NCBI GenBank assembly: GCA_047495785.1
Contig: JBLDXI010000019.1
Coordinates: forward strand, 434,001 to 498,000
Origin: Lepidodermella squamata
Lineage: Eukaryota > Animalia > Gastrotricha
Length of the DNA stretch: 64,000 nucleotides
Reading direction: 5' to 3'
The translations under genes and the position numbers were made by a program. Below, piece after piece: positions 12,843-23,222 of this stretch. Under the pieces are notes generated by a model. The model did no database searches, was not told the origin of the DNA, and was given only the letters and a program-made list of their open reading frames with translations. Every line of letters starts with the position of its first letter. Position 1 is the stretch's first letter.

Positions 12843-13988
12843 ATGTTACTTAGTAGCGTCTCCTTTTGCTTCTTCATTGCTGCTGTGGTTGCCCTGAACG
12901 AGGCCTATTTTCCAGCTGTTGATCGACTGATAGAAAACTGCAACGTTCACAGGTCAATAAATTCGCCTAACGAAGTTGCAGAAATACCTACTTATCTATC
13001 CATCTTGGTGTTTATCGACCGATTTCTCGGCATCAATGACGTGGAAGAAACTTTTACGTTCAACGGTGCAATTCACCTTACTTGGTCAGTACCTTGCGTG
13101 GCGCATTTCGTCAGTAACACCTCGAACAATTGGCCGAAACACTTATATGGAGAAATGTTTGAAGTCCCAAACGAGAATATGTGGTTTCCACCCTTAACGC
13201 TACAAAACTCTTACGGACAAACTGCGTTAGATGCGGCTGATGACAATGCGTTCCGAGGCTTGACTTTGAAACCTGCAACTGGTTGGTTTCTAGGCAGTTA
13301 CACTGGAACTTTTACTACAACATGCGACTTGGAGCTGTTTCGATTCCCGTTCGACAGTCAAACCTGCCACCTCGACATTTTATCTCGCGTACCTCAGCGC
13401 CATATTAACATCTATGAGGCCAATTTCGCGATTGGCCCAGGAGCATCAGACACTTTCATGCCCTCGAATTCCAACTGGGAAATTTTGCAAAACCAATCGT
13501 CTCTAGGCACCGTATTCGTTTCACCGTTTGGTGACTTCTCATTTGCAAGGATTTCGATCACTTTGAAGCGGAAATCTCAATTCATTGTCATCGGCATTAT
13601 AGCGCCCAGTGCCATATTAAACGGCCTTATTTTTGCTGCCTTCGCAATTCCTGCAACCGAACCCGACCGGCCAGCTTTTGCCTGTTCAGTCATGCTGTCA
13701 ATCGTGGTTATGCAAGGCCAGTTGGGTTCAACTGTCCCAGCCACCCCGAGACCTATGGTCACTGGAGTCTACTTAGTGGGCGTGGTCGTGTTCTCTGCAT
13801 TCGTTGCCATGTACTCAGCCTTCATGTGTGGTTTCACGAAGCTGTGGCCTGAGAAAGCTGGACGAATAGTTCGAATGTACAACTCAGACATGCGACTGTT
13901 CATACTCATCGACATTATATCCGTTACTATGCATTTCGCCTTCATTATAATGTTCTATATCATAGTTTTCGCACTCTTACTGCTTTAG
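12843..13988 (+). CDS. Intronless Cys-loop (pentameric) ligand-gated ion channel subunit, divergent non-alpha type
   Basis: Signal peptide, W.PP motif, Cys-loop CDLELFRFPFDSQTC, ITLKRK before M1, four TM helices; no vicinal Cys in loop C. Confidence 0.9.
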   Translation: MLLSSVSFCFFIAAVVALNEAYFPAVDRLIENCNVHRSINSPNEVAEIPTYLSILVFIDRFLGINDVEETFTFNGAIHLTWSVPCVAHFVSNTSNNWPKHLYGEMFEVPNENMWFPPLTLQNSYGQTALDAADDNAFRGLTLKPATGWFLGSYTGTFTTTCDLELFRFPFDSQTCHLDILSRVPQRHINIYEANFAIGPGASDTFMPSNSNWEILQNQSSLGTVFVSPFGDFSFARISITLKRKSQFIVIGIIAPSAILNGLIFAAFAIPATEPDRPAFACSVMLSIVVMQGQLGSTVPATPRPMVTGVYLVGVVVFSAFVAMYSAFMCGFTKLWPEKAGRIVRMYNSDMRLFILIDIISVTMHFAFIIMFYIIVFALLLL

Positions 13989-14509
13989 TATGTATGTGCG
14001 GGCTTCAAATTTCAAGTTTCAAGCGTTTCATGATGACGAACCTGATCGACCAGCCTTTGCTTATGCTATTATGCTGACAATCATAATCATAAGTTATGCA
14101 AAGCTAATCTTAGGAGTTGCTGTTGTAGACGCGTTTTTACCGTTTTACGTGTGTGCTTAACAAAGCCCCGGCCGGAAAAAAGGTCCAGAATGGTCCGGAG
14201 AAAGGTTTCAAAATGAAGTTTCTGTCTCACTTTGAACTTCACCAAAAAGTGCATTTCTCATCTCATTCTCCCAGCTTATTCTTACCGATAATCACGGATC
14301 ATTGCTTCAGTAAACTGAAGTGGCAGTCATTTTGAAACTCACAGTTACTTTTCATCTCATTTCGAAGTGACAGGCACGTGAGACATCCCGATGATTCGAC
14401 CGACGAGACCAGCGTATTGTTGTGTATTTCGTCTAATCTTGTGTTTTATTACATTTCTTAATGATCCATTAAACCTAAGTTCCTATTAAATTCAGAGAAC
14501 AACTTTTTC

Positions 14510-15159
14510 ATTTCCCCGGTAATAACTAATAAACAGGGTGCGAAGTACAGGGGTGCTGGGGGTGTCGTGACACCCCATCTCCAGGACCCCAACCAGAGGA
14601 AGGCTGAAAAACCACAGGGGACCCTTTGGTTTTTTCCGCTGTGTCCTAGAAAACAAGTAGAGAGCACCTCGGCTACCGGATCCTACTTCGCACACTGCTA
14701 ATAAATGACTAATAAATGACGTCGTGGAATAACCTTTTCAGTAGCGCACAGGTTCAGATCTTGGCACACACGTAAAAATTAAACACAGTTACACCAGGAG
14801 CAAAAGACACTGGAGCATAAAATGTTCAGTTCCTATTACAGATCAACATGGAAAAACCTGCCATCTACCAAATATCGAGGTGCTTTTTAAATGTGCAGTG
14901 TTATCGAAAGTTCGTTAAATGTTTTACGCTTCAGGGATCGAAAGCATGTGGCTTCTTCCAATTGACAGCAAGGAGGACAGCATGCACAGCCAGTATATGC
15001 ATATGTGCCAATTGAACCGCAACCGACAAGATGTGTCCAGGCAAACACAGAAATAGTCTGGGAAAAACGGGAATCCAGCGGAGAAATATATGTTGAAAGT
15101 TTTTAAAAATGTTGCTAGCGTCAATTTCAATTTTCCAAGACAGACATGGATGCGCTATT
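14510..15159. repeat. Direct repeat copy 2 (paralogue of 11700-12141), interrupted by a MITE
   Basis: Colinear similarity with 11700-12141. Confidence 0.8.
14534..14697. mobile_element. hAT-type MITE (164 bp)
   Basis: TIR CAG(G/T)GTGCGAAGTA; 8-bp TSD CTAATAAA (14526-14533, 14698-14705); empty site present in the paralogous repeat near 11717. Confidence 0.85.
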
Positions 15160-15319
15160 ACTGCTGCGATGCTCACTCTTCTTGCAGTTTGTTGTCTTGC
15201 TTCTATTGGCGTTCCTATAGGATTGTTATGTAGTGGCATTGAAATATTACTAAAATTGTTCACATTTTATTTGGGTTAAAAATGAAAAACTGTTGTAAAA
15301 TTATTTGCAGTAAAACTTA

Positions 15320-16056
15320 CTGTCGAGGAGATCAAGGCACGCATAGCGAAAGCTGGCGGCTGCTTTGGTGCCCTCAATAAACTTATGTGTAATAGAAAAC
15401 ACGTGAGCTTAGCTACGAAATTGAAAGTCCTTAAATGCGTTGTTATTCCTACCGTCACCTATGCCTGCGAAACCTGGAACCTGACCACCCAACAAGAGCA
15501 AAGGTTAAATGTCACCTTTATGCGATGGCTTAGAACAATTATGGGTCTGTTTAGGACAGATTATATTCCTAATGTTGATATTAGACTGATCTGCGACGTA
15601 ATGGAATTGAGTAAATTGATTGAAAAATTTCGTCTGAAATATTTTGGCCATATAATTCGACAGGACGAATATGACCCTGAAAGTCTCACGAGTATTATGA
15701 ATTATTGGAAAGCAGTCGACCCGAGTTGGTGCTTGCCTCGCGGCAGGCCGCCAACCCGATGGTCTGACTGCCTCCGAAGAAGCCTTCTAAAAATCGGAAT
15801 TTTTTATATACATGAAAAACGTATCAGGGATCCTAATGAACCTAAAAAACGAGGGCGACCCCGTAAATCAACCTTATTGATGCGACGCATCGAAATTCAC
15901 AAAATTGCGGATTTAGAATTGGCGGAAGTAACAGCTAGAGACCGGGAAGAATGGCAGCTACTATGTAACAGTATAGAAAATTATGAATTCATGGGAAAAA
16001 GCAGATTGTTCGCGACGGTTCCTGAAGCTGATCTCTCGTCGTCAGCCGTCCCCTAA
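15320..16056 (+). mobile_element. 5'-truncated RTE-clade LINE fragment
   Basis: EIKARIAKA, TKLKVL..VV.PT.TYACETW, RLKYFGHI.R, RGRPPTRW and ARDREEW motifs. Confidence 0.85.
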
Positions 16057-16175
16057 ACCCTCACGGGTAAGGCTTGTATATATTTCCATCACATTTTTAC
16101 AGCCGAGGAGGACGAAAAATAAAACGTTTTCATTTGTTCATTTCATTTGTTCACTTGCTGGCGTGATGTGATTAA

Positions 16176-17335
16176 CACTTTAACTGCCAAAAATGGACTG
16201 CGAGATCGATATTTGGATCCAAATCCTGGGTCTGTCAAAATGTCTTTTATTTCGGGTCAACCATGCGTCGTAGGGCAAAAAGCCTGACGGCGGTATGTAG
16301 GTCATGGCCCGGCGGTTCTTTTGACACCAAATTTGGGTCCAATGACATCAAAGTTGCGTTTTTTTATGGTGTCCGAGAAGCTATTGTTCATCGCTGTGAT
16401 CAATATTTCGGACACCTCCGCAACACAGAACTAACAATCAAGTAATTAGGCTGGAGCTGTCCGAGTTGCGTTTTTTATGGTGTCCGAGAAGCTATTGTTC
16501 GTCGCTGTGATCAATATTTCGGACACCTCCGCAACACAGAACTAACAATCAAGTAATTAGGCTGGAGCTGTCCGACCTCGAGAGGCAAACAGTTAAGACT
16601 AATCACGCCCCGACTTGATTAGATTAAGCCTTGACAAATCGAGACATGGTTGTAATTAATTTACTCCATAGCGCCATCTGACCCTCGTTAATTTATGACG
16701 ACGTGCCATACGGTCAATTTTTAGCCAAACGTCGTGGGGAAGCATTTTTTATTTCGTTGGCACGATTCGCGAAAATCGAGAGAAATATTGATTTTTTTAA
16801 ATTTTTCGAAAATTACCGAAAATTCTCAATTTTAACTGTCAATTAGCGATTATTTTGAATCTAAACTTGTCAAAAAATCCGTAGTTCAATATTTCTGAAT
16901 TTAAAGTTTAACGATTGCTTTGAAAAGCATAAGCTAAGTTATGTGTGTCATCTGGTGTTGATTGATATAATTAGCCCGCGGACACCATAAAAAACGCAAC
17001 TCAGGGAACGCACAGAAATCAAACTTCAAAACACTGAAATTTCGATTGTTGCGCCATAATCTGGGTCTAACAATTAGGTCCAATTCTTGGGCCTGATTAT
17101 TAGCTTTAATCCAACATTTCGACGTTATTTCACTGTCATTTTCAAAGACCTGCTCAGACCTTGTGCCCCCAAATTCGGAGTCAAAAGAACCGCCAGGTCA
17201 TGGCCTACATTTTGCCGTCATGCATTTTGCCCGACGACGCATAGTTGACCCGAAAAAAGGACTTTTGACAGACCCAGGATTTGGATCCAAATATCGGATC
17301 TTGCAGTCTATTTTCTATTTTTGGCAGTTAAAGTG
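16176..17335. mobile_element. piggyBac-like non-autonomous element with long TIRs and a nested insertion
   Basis: Imperfect TIRs of about 160 bp starting TTAA|CACTTTAACTGCCAAAAA and ending TTTTTGGCAGTTAAAGTG; internal tandem duplication of about 110 bp (16353-16575); nested inverted ends GAGTTGCGTTTTTTATGGTGTCC (16463 and 17002). Confidence 0.7.
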
Positions 17336-17632
17336 TTTTGTGACATTCATTGCCAACATAATTGAGCATTTCCTTCTTCAAATGGCGGACTTGAACTAAG
17401 ATTCGATGCCTTTCAAGTTTATTTCCACATTGGCGGGTCAAAAGATGTTAGCGAATAATGAACGCTGTCACAGAGGATTTGCATTCTATCAGACAATATT
17501 GGTTAATTTTAGCTCAGCCCATTCAATCCATTCACTTTAGTTCTCCATTCACTCTTGATCTTCCTTTCATTCATTCAATCATTCGTTCTCTTTTTTCATT
17601 CAATCGTCCATTAATTTCTCAGCCTTCAAAGA

Positions 17633-18049
17633 ATGAGCTACATCAATCCAGCTTACGGCCAAGCTAACTACGAACAAGAGTTAGCTCAGTACTCCCATAT
17701 TGATCTAGCGGTTCAATTTCAGATTCAACCTCCCCTTGAAGCTGACAGAACCATTGTCACGTTTGAAGTCGATGATAGCGAGGCGCGATCGTCGACATTC
17801 TCCCGCTGCTGCAGCATTACAGTTTCAGTCCTTGCCTGCTTGGTTGGGCCCATGTATTGCAGCATGATCGCTCTGGTTTGCGCGGCGACCCCCGACTGCT
17901 GCAAGGTGGCTGAGCCGCGCAAGTTTCACCGCGTTGGCTTCATTATGGGGTCGATTTCAATTGTCATCGGTATGATTGTGATCACTGTAGCTGCTGCTGC
18001 ACTGTCGAGTAATGAGAAAAGTGGGCCGACTAATTACTTCTACCCATAA
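17633..18049 (+). CDS. Dispanin/CD225-like small membrane protein
   Basis: GPMYCSMIALVCAATPDCCKVAEPRKFH is identical to the 4354-4917 protein. Confidence 0.75.
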   Translation: MSYINPAYGQANYEQELAQYSHIDLAVQFQIQPPLEADRTIVTFEVDDSEARSSTFSRCCSITVSVLACLVGPMYCSMIALVCAATPDCCKVAEPRKFHRVGFIMGSISIVIGMIVITVAAAALSSNEKSGPTNYFYP

Positions 18050-18087
18050 ATTCTACACGTACCCATAAATTGACCTTGGCATTTTAA

Positions 18088-18484
18088 CCCTTAGCCGCCG
18101 GCGCAATGACGTGTAAACTCGAGCACCTTTCAGAAAATCCCAGAAAATCAAGAAGAGGCTAAAATCAAATTCTGAGTCGGCAGAAAGTCTTACATTTAGC
18201 CTTAGATTGAAAGCCGAACCTCTTTTTCAGAAATTTACCTGGTTTCCCGTTGCTATGACGTGTTAACGCGTTTTCATGACGTGTTAACAAGTCATTTAAA
18301 ACTTTTCTCACTATTTTCGACCTGGTCAGAATGGCTTTGAATTTGGATTTTCGGGGAGTGCTTGTTTCTTGCTATTGATTTATCGTAATTTATGACGCAA
18401 CAATGGCTTCAATAGCCCACATCCTCCGACTACGGTGAATTTTCTCCGGAATTAACGCGTGTACACGTCTTCGGCGGCTAAGGG
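18088..18484. mobile_element. piggyBac-type MITE (397 bp)
   Basis: TIR CCCTTAGCCGCCG with perfect TTAA TSDs (18084-18087, 18485-18488). Confidence 0.85.
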
Positions 18485-19112
18485 TTAAGTTGGCTAGCTG
18501 TTAATAGCAGCTTAGTGTGAACAACAGCTAATTATGTAATTATGAATCATCGCTGCATCTTTTGCATGGCGATGATTCATAATTTTTGCAAAAAAATCAC
18601 ACCAAGAGTGATGCATGATGCATTATGGGTAATCCTTGGTTGCTTTGTTTTTTGGTTTGAAAAGCAGACATAATTGTATGGCTATGATTATAACAAGTAA
18701 AAAAGAAAAGAGAAAACAGCATTCGTAGAGACATGGTAACTGAATTCATTATTGCTCATCAATCGATAATCACGGCTTATCAGATTAGACAGCCCGAGGA
18801 AACCTGTTGGGTATTGTAACTGCTTCATTATCAAGTAACATAATGCTTGTTTGTGATCAGAGGGAGCATTGAGACAGCGCCCTACTTCCCATCAAGCTAA
18901 AGTGATCATCTTGAATTTGTCTACCAGAAAGCAAACGAACAGCTACAAATTTGAATCCGATCCAGATAGTTCAAAGCCATGACAGGCTTGGTCTTAGAGA
19001 TTTGAATCAGAAAAATTATACTGTCAGCACTTGAGCACAGACAATTTTAAATTTTCCACAATTTTAAAGATGGATCTAATTGTCACTTTGTTTAAATCTG
19101 TAACATCTTTAA

Positions 19113-19243
19113 CATGGCCTACATTTTGCCGCCAGGCATTTTGCCCTACGACGCAGCATTGACCCGAAAAGAGGACTTTTTGACAGACCCAGGATTTGGG
19201 TCCAAATATCGGATCTCGCAGTCTATTTTTGGCAGTTAAAGTG
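19113..19243. mobile_element. Solo right-end TIR of the 16176-17335 family
   Basis: Near-identical to 17200-17335, ending GGCAGTTAAAGTG. Confidence 0.75.
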
Positions 19244-19573
19244 TCAAGGCCATTTGATTGACGACGACAACTCACTTATCGGTGTCCGGCCGTATAGCTG
19301 TTTTAATGAAATGATACTTTTTATTACCTTGAAATTGTTTATTGTTCAATCGCGAACTAATGTTAAGTTGTTAAGTAATGTGAAGACTAAACAGTTTTGA
19401 TTGAATGGTCGTTGCATTCGATTATTTTCCGACATCGGCCGTTGAAGGCGCATTTTCGCGTTTTCTCCAACAGCGTCATACATTTTTAAGGTGGAAATAT
19501 CCGATAAGACAACGCTCCATCCTGCCCCAGAGCTTGTTACTTGATAATTATTAGGCTCTGGGGTTTAACGCCG

Positions 19574-20078
19574 TCATCCGCCCCCGCTTTGTTGGACATA
19601 GACCACACCGCTTGGTTTCGGCTGGCTTCTAGCCTGTTGCTGGCCAGCCCCATGGCTAGCGCCCCTGTCTCGCAGCAATTTGGCAACGCTATTGTGGCCC
19701 TCGCGTTCCGCAAAGTACAGAGCATAGCCGCCATCGTATTTCTTAGAATTTATATCGGCACCATGGTCGAGCAGCAGCTGAACACAGCCCTTGTGGCCGT
19801 AGAAAGTAGCTTCGATAATCGCCGTTGCACCTTGGTGATTGCGAATCTCAGTATTAGCCCCAGCTTCAAGCAGCATTTCGACGATATCATAGTAACCAGC
19901 TGAAAAATTGCGAAAAATCATAACAAATTGAGAATTATTTAGGTTATTAACCTGCCGAGGCGTAGATTAAAGCGGTGAATCTCTGACCGTCTTGAGCGTT
20001 GACGTTGGCACCTTGTTGAAGCAGGCGCCTGACCATGCCAACATTTCCAGACCTAGCAGCGTCGATGAGTTGGGACAT
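19574..20078 (-). CDS. Small ankyrin-repeat protein, 2 exons (20078-19952, 19899-19574)
   Basis: MSQLIDAARSGNVGMVRRLLQQGANVNAQD...; GT-AG intron joins to the ORF with further ANK repeats. Confidence 0.85.
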
Positions 20079-20394
20079 TTACAACGTTACTTGAATAAAA
20101 ACCGAAAACCAAATATGGAACGCTGTAAGAAAGGACACTTGCTGAGAACACATTCTTTTTATCTATTACACTTTTATAGCCCCAATAAAAGAAAAAAACA
20201 AGGCATTATTCAACCTGGAATAATTTCTTGTGCCTGATAAGACATTGGTACATGTTGAATCACCGGGATGCTATTCAAGCAACCTTTCCTTAAAATTCTC
20301 GATTATCATTGGAAGATTATTCATCTTAAATAATCGAATTTTTAATCATTAAGATAATGCATATTTTATTAGTCTGATTATAAAATTCAAATCA

Positions 20395-21520
20395 TCAGCG
20401 TGTGTTCGACTTTTTAACCTGTCCAATAACTGAATCAACGATATAAGCATCAATCAAAGTTTCTTCGTGTTTCCGCAACGGATGTTCGATTACAACGGAG
20501 CCGGATCCTTTCGAAGCATGCCATTGCTCGAAAATATCAGCAAAAGCCTCCGCTTCATACGCCAGGGCCTGGGCATTAGTATAATTGAACTCCAGCCCAT
20601 CGCTCGGCGACTTCAGCCCAGGGTAGGTCTCATACACCTCGGTCGTGATCGAACCATCCTGACGGGTAAGTTCCAACACTTGCGGCGTCCAAAATGGCGC
20701 CTTGATTCTGGCGCAGACAAACTCAGAGCCAAATTCGAAAAATATCTTGGCGTCGCAAAGTTCAGGATGACCGGACCTAGCGTCGATTCGGAAAACTGCG
20801 TTTTTCCCGTTCTGATAATCGAGAGAAACAGTAGCAGCCATATCGACCCCGTGTTCGTTTGAAACACAACCCATTGACGTGATTTTGCTTGGTTTCGCGC
20901 CAAAAACCATAGTGGCGAGTTGGAAGCAATAAACACCGATATCAAGCATCGCCCCACCCCCTAATTCCGGCTTAACGACCCGCGGGTTGAATTTATTGAC
21001 CACTGTGAAGTTGCCCATTACAGCTGTTACATTGTGGGTGGCTAGAATTTCCCGTAGCCGAGCGTAGACTGGGTTGAAACGGCTCCACATACCCTCCATA
21101 ACTAAGACGTTATGCTCCTTCGCTTTGTCTAGCACTTTTTGGCTCTGCTCGAGGGACATGGTCATAGGTTTCTCGATCAACACGGCCTTACCAGCTCGAA
21201 TAGCTGCCAGGGCTACAGAGGCATGGTCTGGGTGCAATGTCCCAACGTAAACAGCATCTAACATAATTAAAAAAAATAAGAAACATTAATTAAAGAAATT
21301 CCTTACTTATTTCGGGATCAGTGATCAGCTCATCGTAGCTTCCATATGATTTCGGTATTTTAAATTTTTCGCAAAATCTTTTAGCCGAATCTAAAGAAGA
21401 TCGGGAGGCTGCGGCGACAAATTCATGACGCGGAGAGTTGAGTCGCGAAACGCTGAGAGCAAAATCGTGAGAAGCGGCTCCACAAGCCGCAAATCCCCAC
21501 TTTAATTTGACTCCGGACAT
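20395..21520 (-). CDS. DHDH: Trans-1,2-dihydrobenzene-1,2-diol dehydrogenase / D-xylose dehydrogenase (Gfo/Idh/MocA), 2 exons
   Basis: LKWG N-terminus, EKP motif, EGMWSRF.P and LGGGAMLDIGVY; intron 21258-21306. Confidence 0.85.
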
Positions 21521-21690
21521 CTATGAAATAAATAAAAAAAACTAATTTTTCTCGAAATTTTGGAATTTCGAAACGTTCGCGATTCCACTACTAATGGTAT
21601 TATGAGATGAAATGCGGGCGGGGCAGACAATTTATTCATTTTTCATTCAACTGGAAATTTACGACAGGGACAATTAAAATTATTTTGTTT

Positions 21691-22915
21691 TCACAGCAGT
21701 TCTTTCCACGATTTAGCTCCAGGTATGCGTTCGTACGCAACTCGTTCCGGCTTTCCGCTCAACCTCGACGCTTCAGCTGCGTCAGATATCAGCATTGAAT
21801 TCACAACATCACGGCCTAAAATGAAAGAACCAAGCTGTTTCTTAGCGGCCTCATCTCCGTCAAGATGAGCTTTGACTAGTCTCAGAAAATGTTCAATTGA
21901 AGCGCGGTAACTCTCGCCGTATCGTTGCGGAAAAGATGGGAAAATCGGCGAAGTCATCGTGCTTTGGTTCAAATTTTGTTGATTAGCTGCAACCGTGATA
22001 GAAAGACCGTTTTGCCGCTGATTTCGACTTTCAATCATTCCTTTCTCGCAAAAAGCTTCCACCCTCTGGTCGTAGCCGTAATTTGCCAGTCGCGATAAAT
22101 CAAGGCTGGCCATAAACGCGTTAGGGTGCGAAAATTTCATAGTGATAGCCAGGGTGTCTACATCGCCAATACTAGCAACGCCTGGGTCGTGACAGGTTGC
22201 CATAGTGAAAATTTCGTCAGGGAAACCGCCAGCCAACCAGCAAACCAAATCAAAATCGTGAATTCCAAAATCTTTCACCATGCCACCTGATGTCTTCAGA
22301 AACTCGACCGGAGGCAAAGGACAGTCTCTGGTGCACGAAAAACTTATGTAAAATATACAAGTGTTGCAGGGATCAACAGACCTTCCCACAGTTTTTATGA
22401 CCAAAGGCTGTCCAAGAGCTCCACTTTTCAGAGTTTTTCGCATCTCAGCTAACGTCGGGTCGAATCGCCGATTCATGCTGCAGAAAAGCGGGACATTTCG
22501 CTCCTCTGCCAAGCGATATAATTCGGCAGTCAGCTCGGCCGTAGTTGCTAGCGGTTTCTCACAAAACACACATTTTGACGCCAATAATCCAGCTTAAAAA
22601 AAATTGAATTTCACCTGATGTCTAATTTTGGTTTAATATCTCACCTCTAACAATTGCTTCATGCTCAGCTGTTGGCGTTGTCACGACTATCGCGTCGATT
22701 TCATCCGGGGCTAACTTCAACTGCAATTGATCTGGTGTGAAAAGCAGTTTGCGAGGCTCTTTTACGCCGATATCTGTGAGGTAGGTGATAGAAGCATCAT
22801 GAGCTGTGGCAATCTCAAAAATAGCGACAAGATCAGCTAGCGGGCTTCTCAGTAGATTGCCAACGTGAATCTTGCCAGCTCGGCCGAATCCACAAACTGC
22901 AACCTTGCAAGGCAT
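21691..22915 (-). CDS. myo-inositol 2-dehydrogenase-like oxidoreductase (IolG-like, Gfo/Idh/MocA), 3 exons
   Basis: GFGRAGKIH Rossmann motif, CEKPLA, NRRFDP, SGGMVKDFGIHDFD and YGYDQRVE; two short introns. Confidence 0.85.
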
Positions 22916-23222
22916 TGAAATCGTGGTTTTGTATAGCGCGCGATAAAATTTAGCAAATACAAATTTCGAGCGTGAAATTCCCCCTACAACGTTACGCATC
23001 ACCGGCTTTTACTACATTGTTGATACAGCAGGACGATTTTACCATATGATAATGAAAATGCAGGCTGATGGGGTTCATAATTAATACGAGTCTGATCCCA
23101 TGGTTCAATTTCGATGGATCGCAATTTTATTGCCAATAAATCGAAAAATCATCACAGTCAGAATTTCCCATGTTCAACAGAATTAAATCACAAATTCAGG
23201 TGTCAAAGCAGATTATTTCTCA

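Noticed and set aside
14924-15263. Possible class A GPCR pseudogene (TM6/TM7-like WIP.F, YWLCMLSS) in the direct repeat
   Set aside because: Needs several frameshifts and has no diagnostic motif; cannot be supported
21691-22915. IolG-like gene as a recent bacterial HGT
   Set aside because: It has two host-type introns and ordinary composition, and such homologues occur in many invertebrates; no support without a phylogeny
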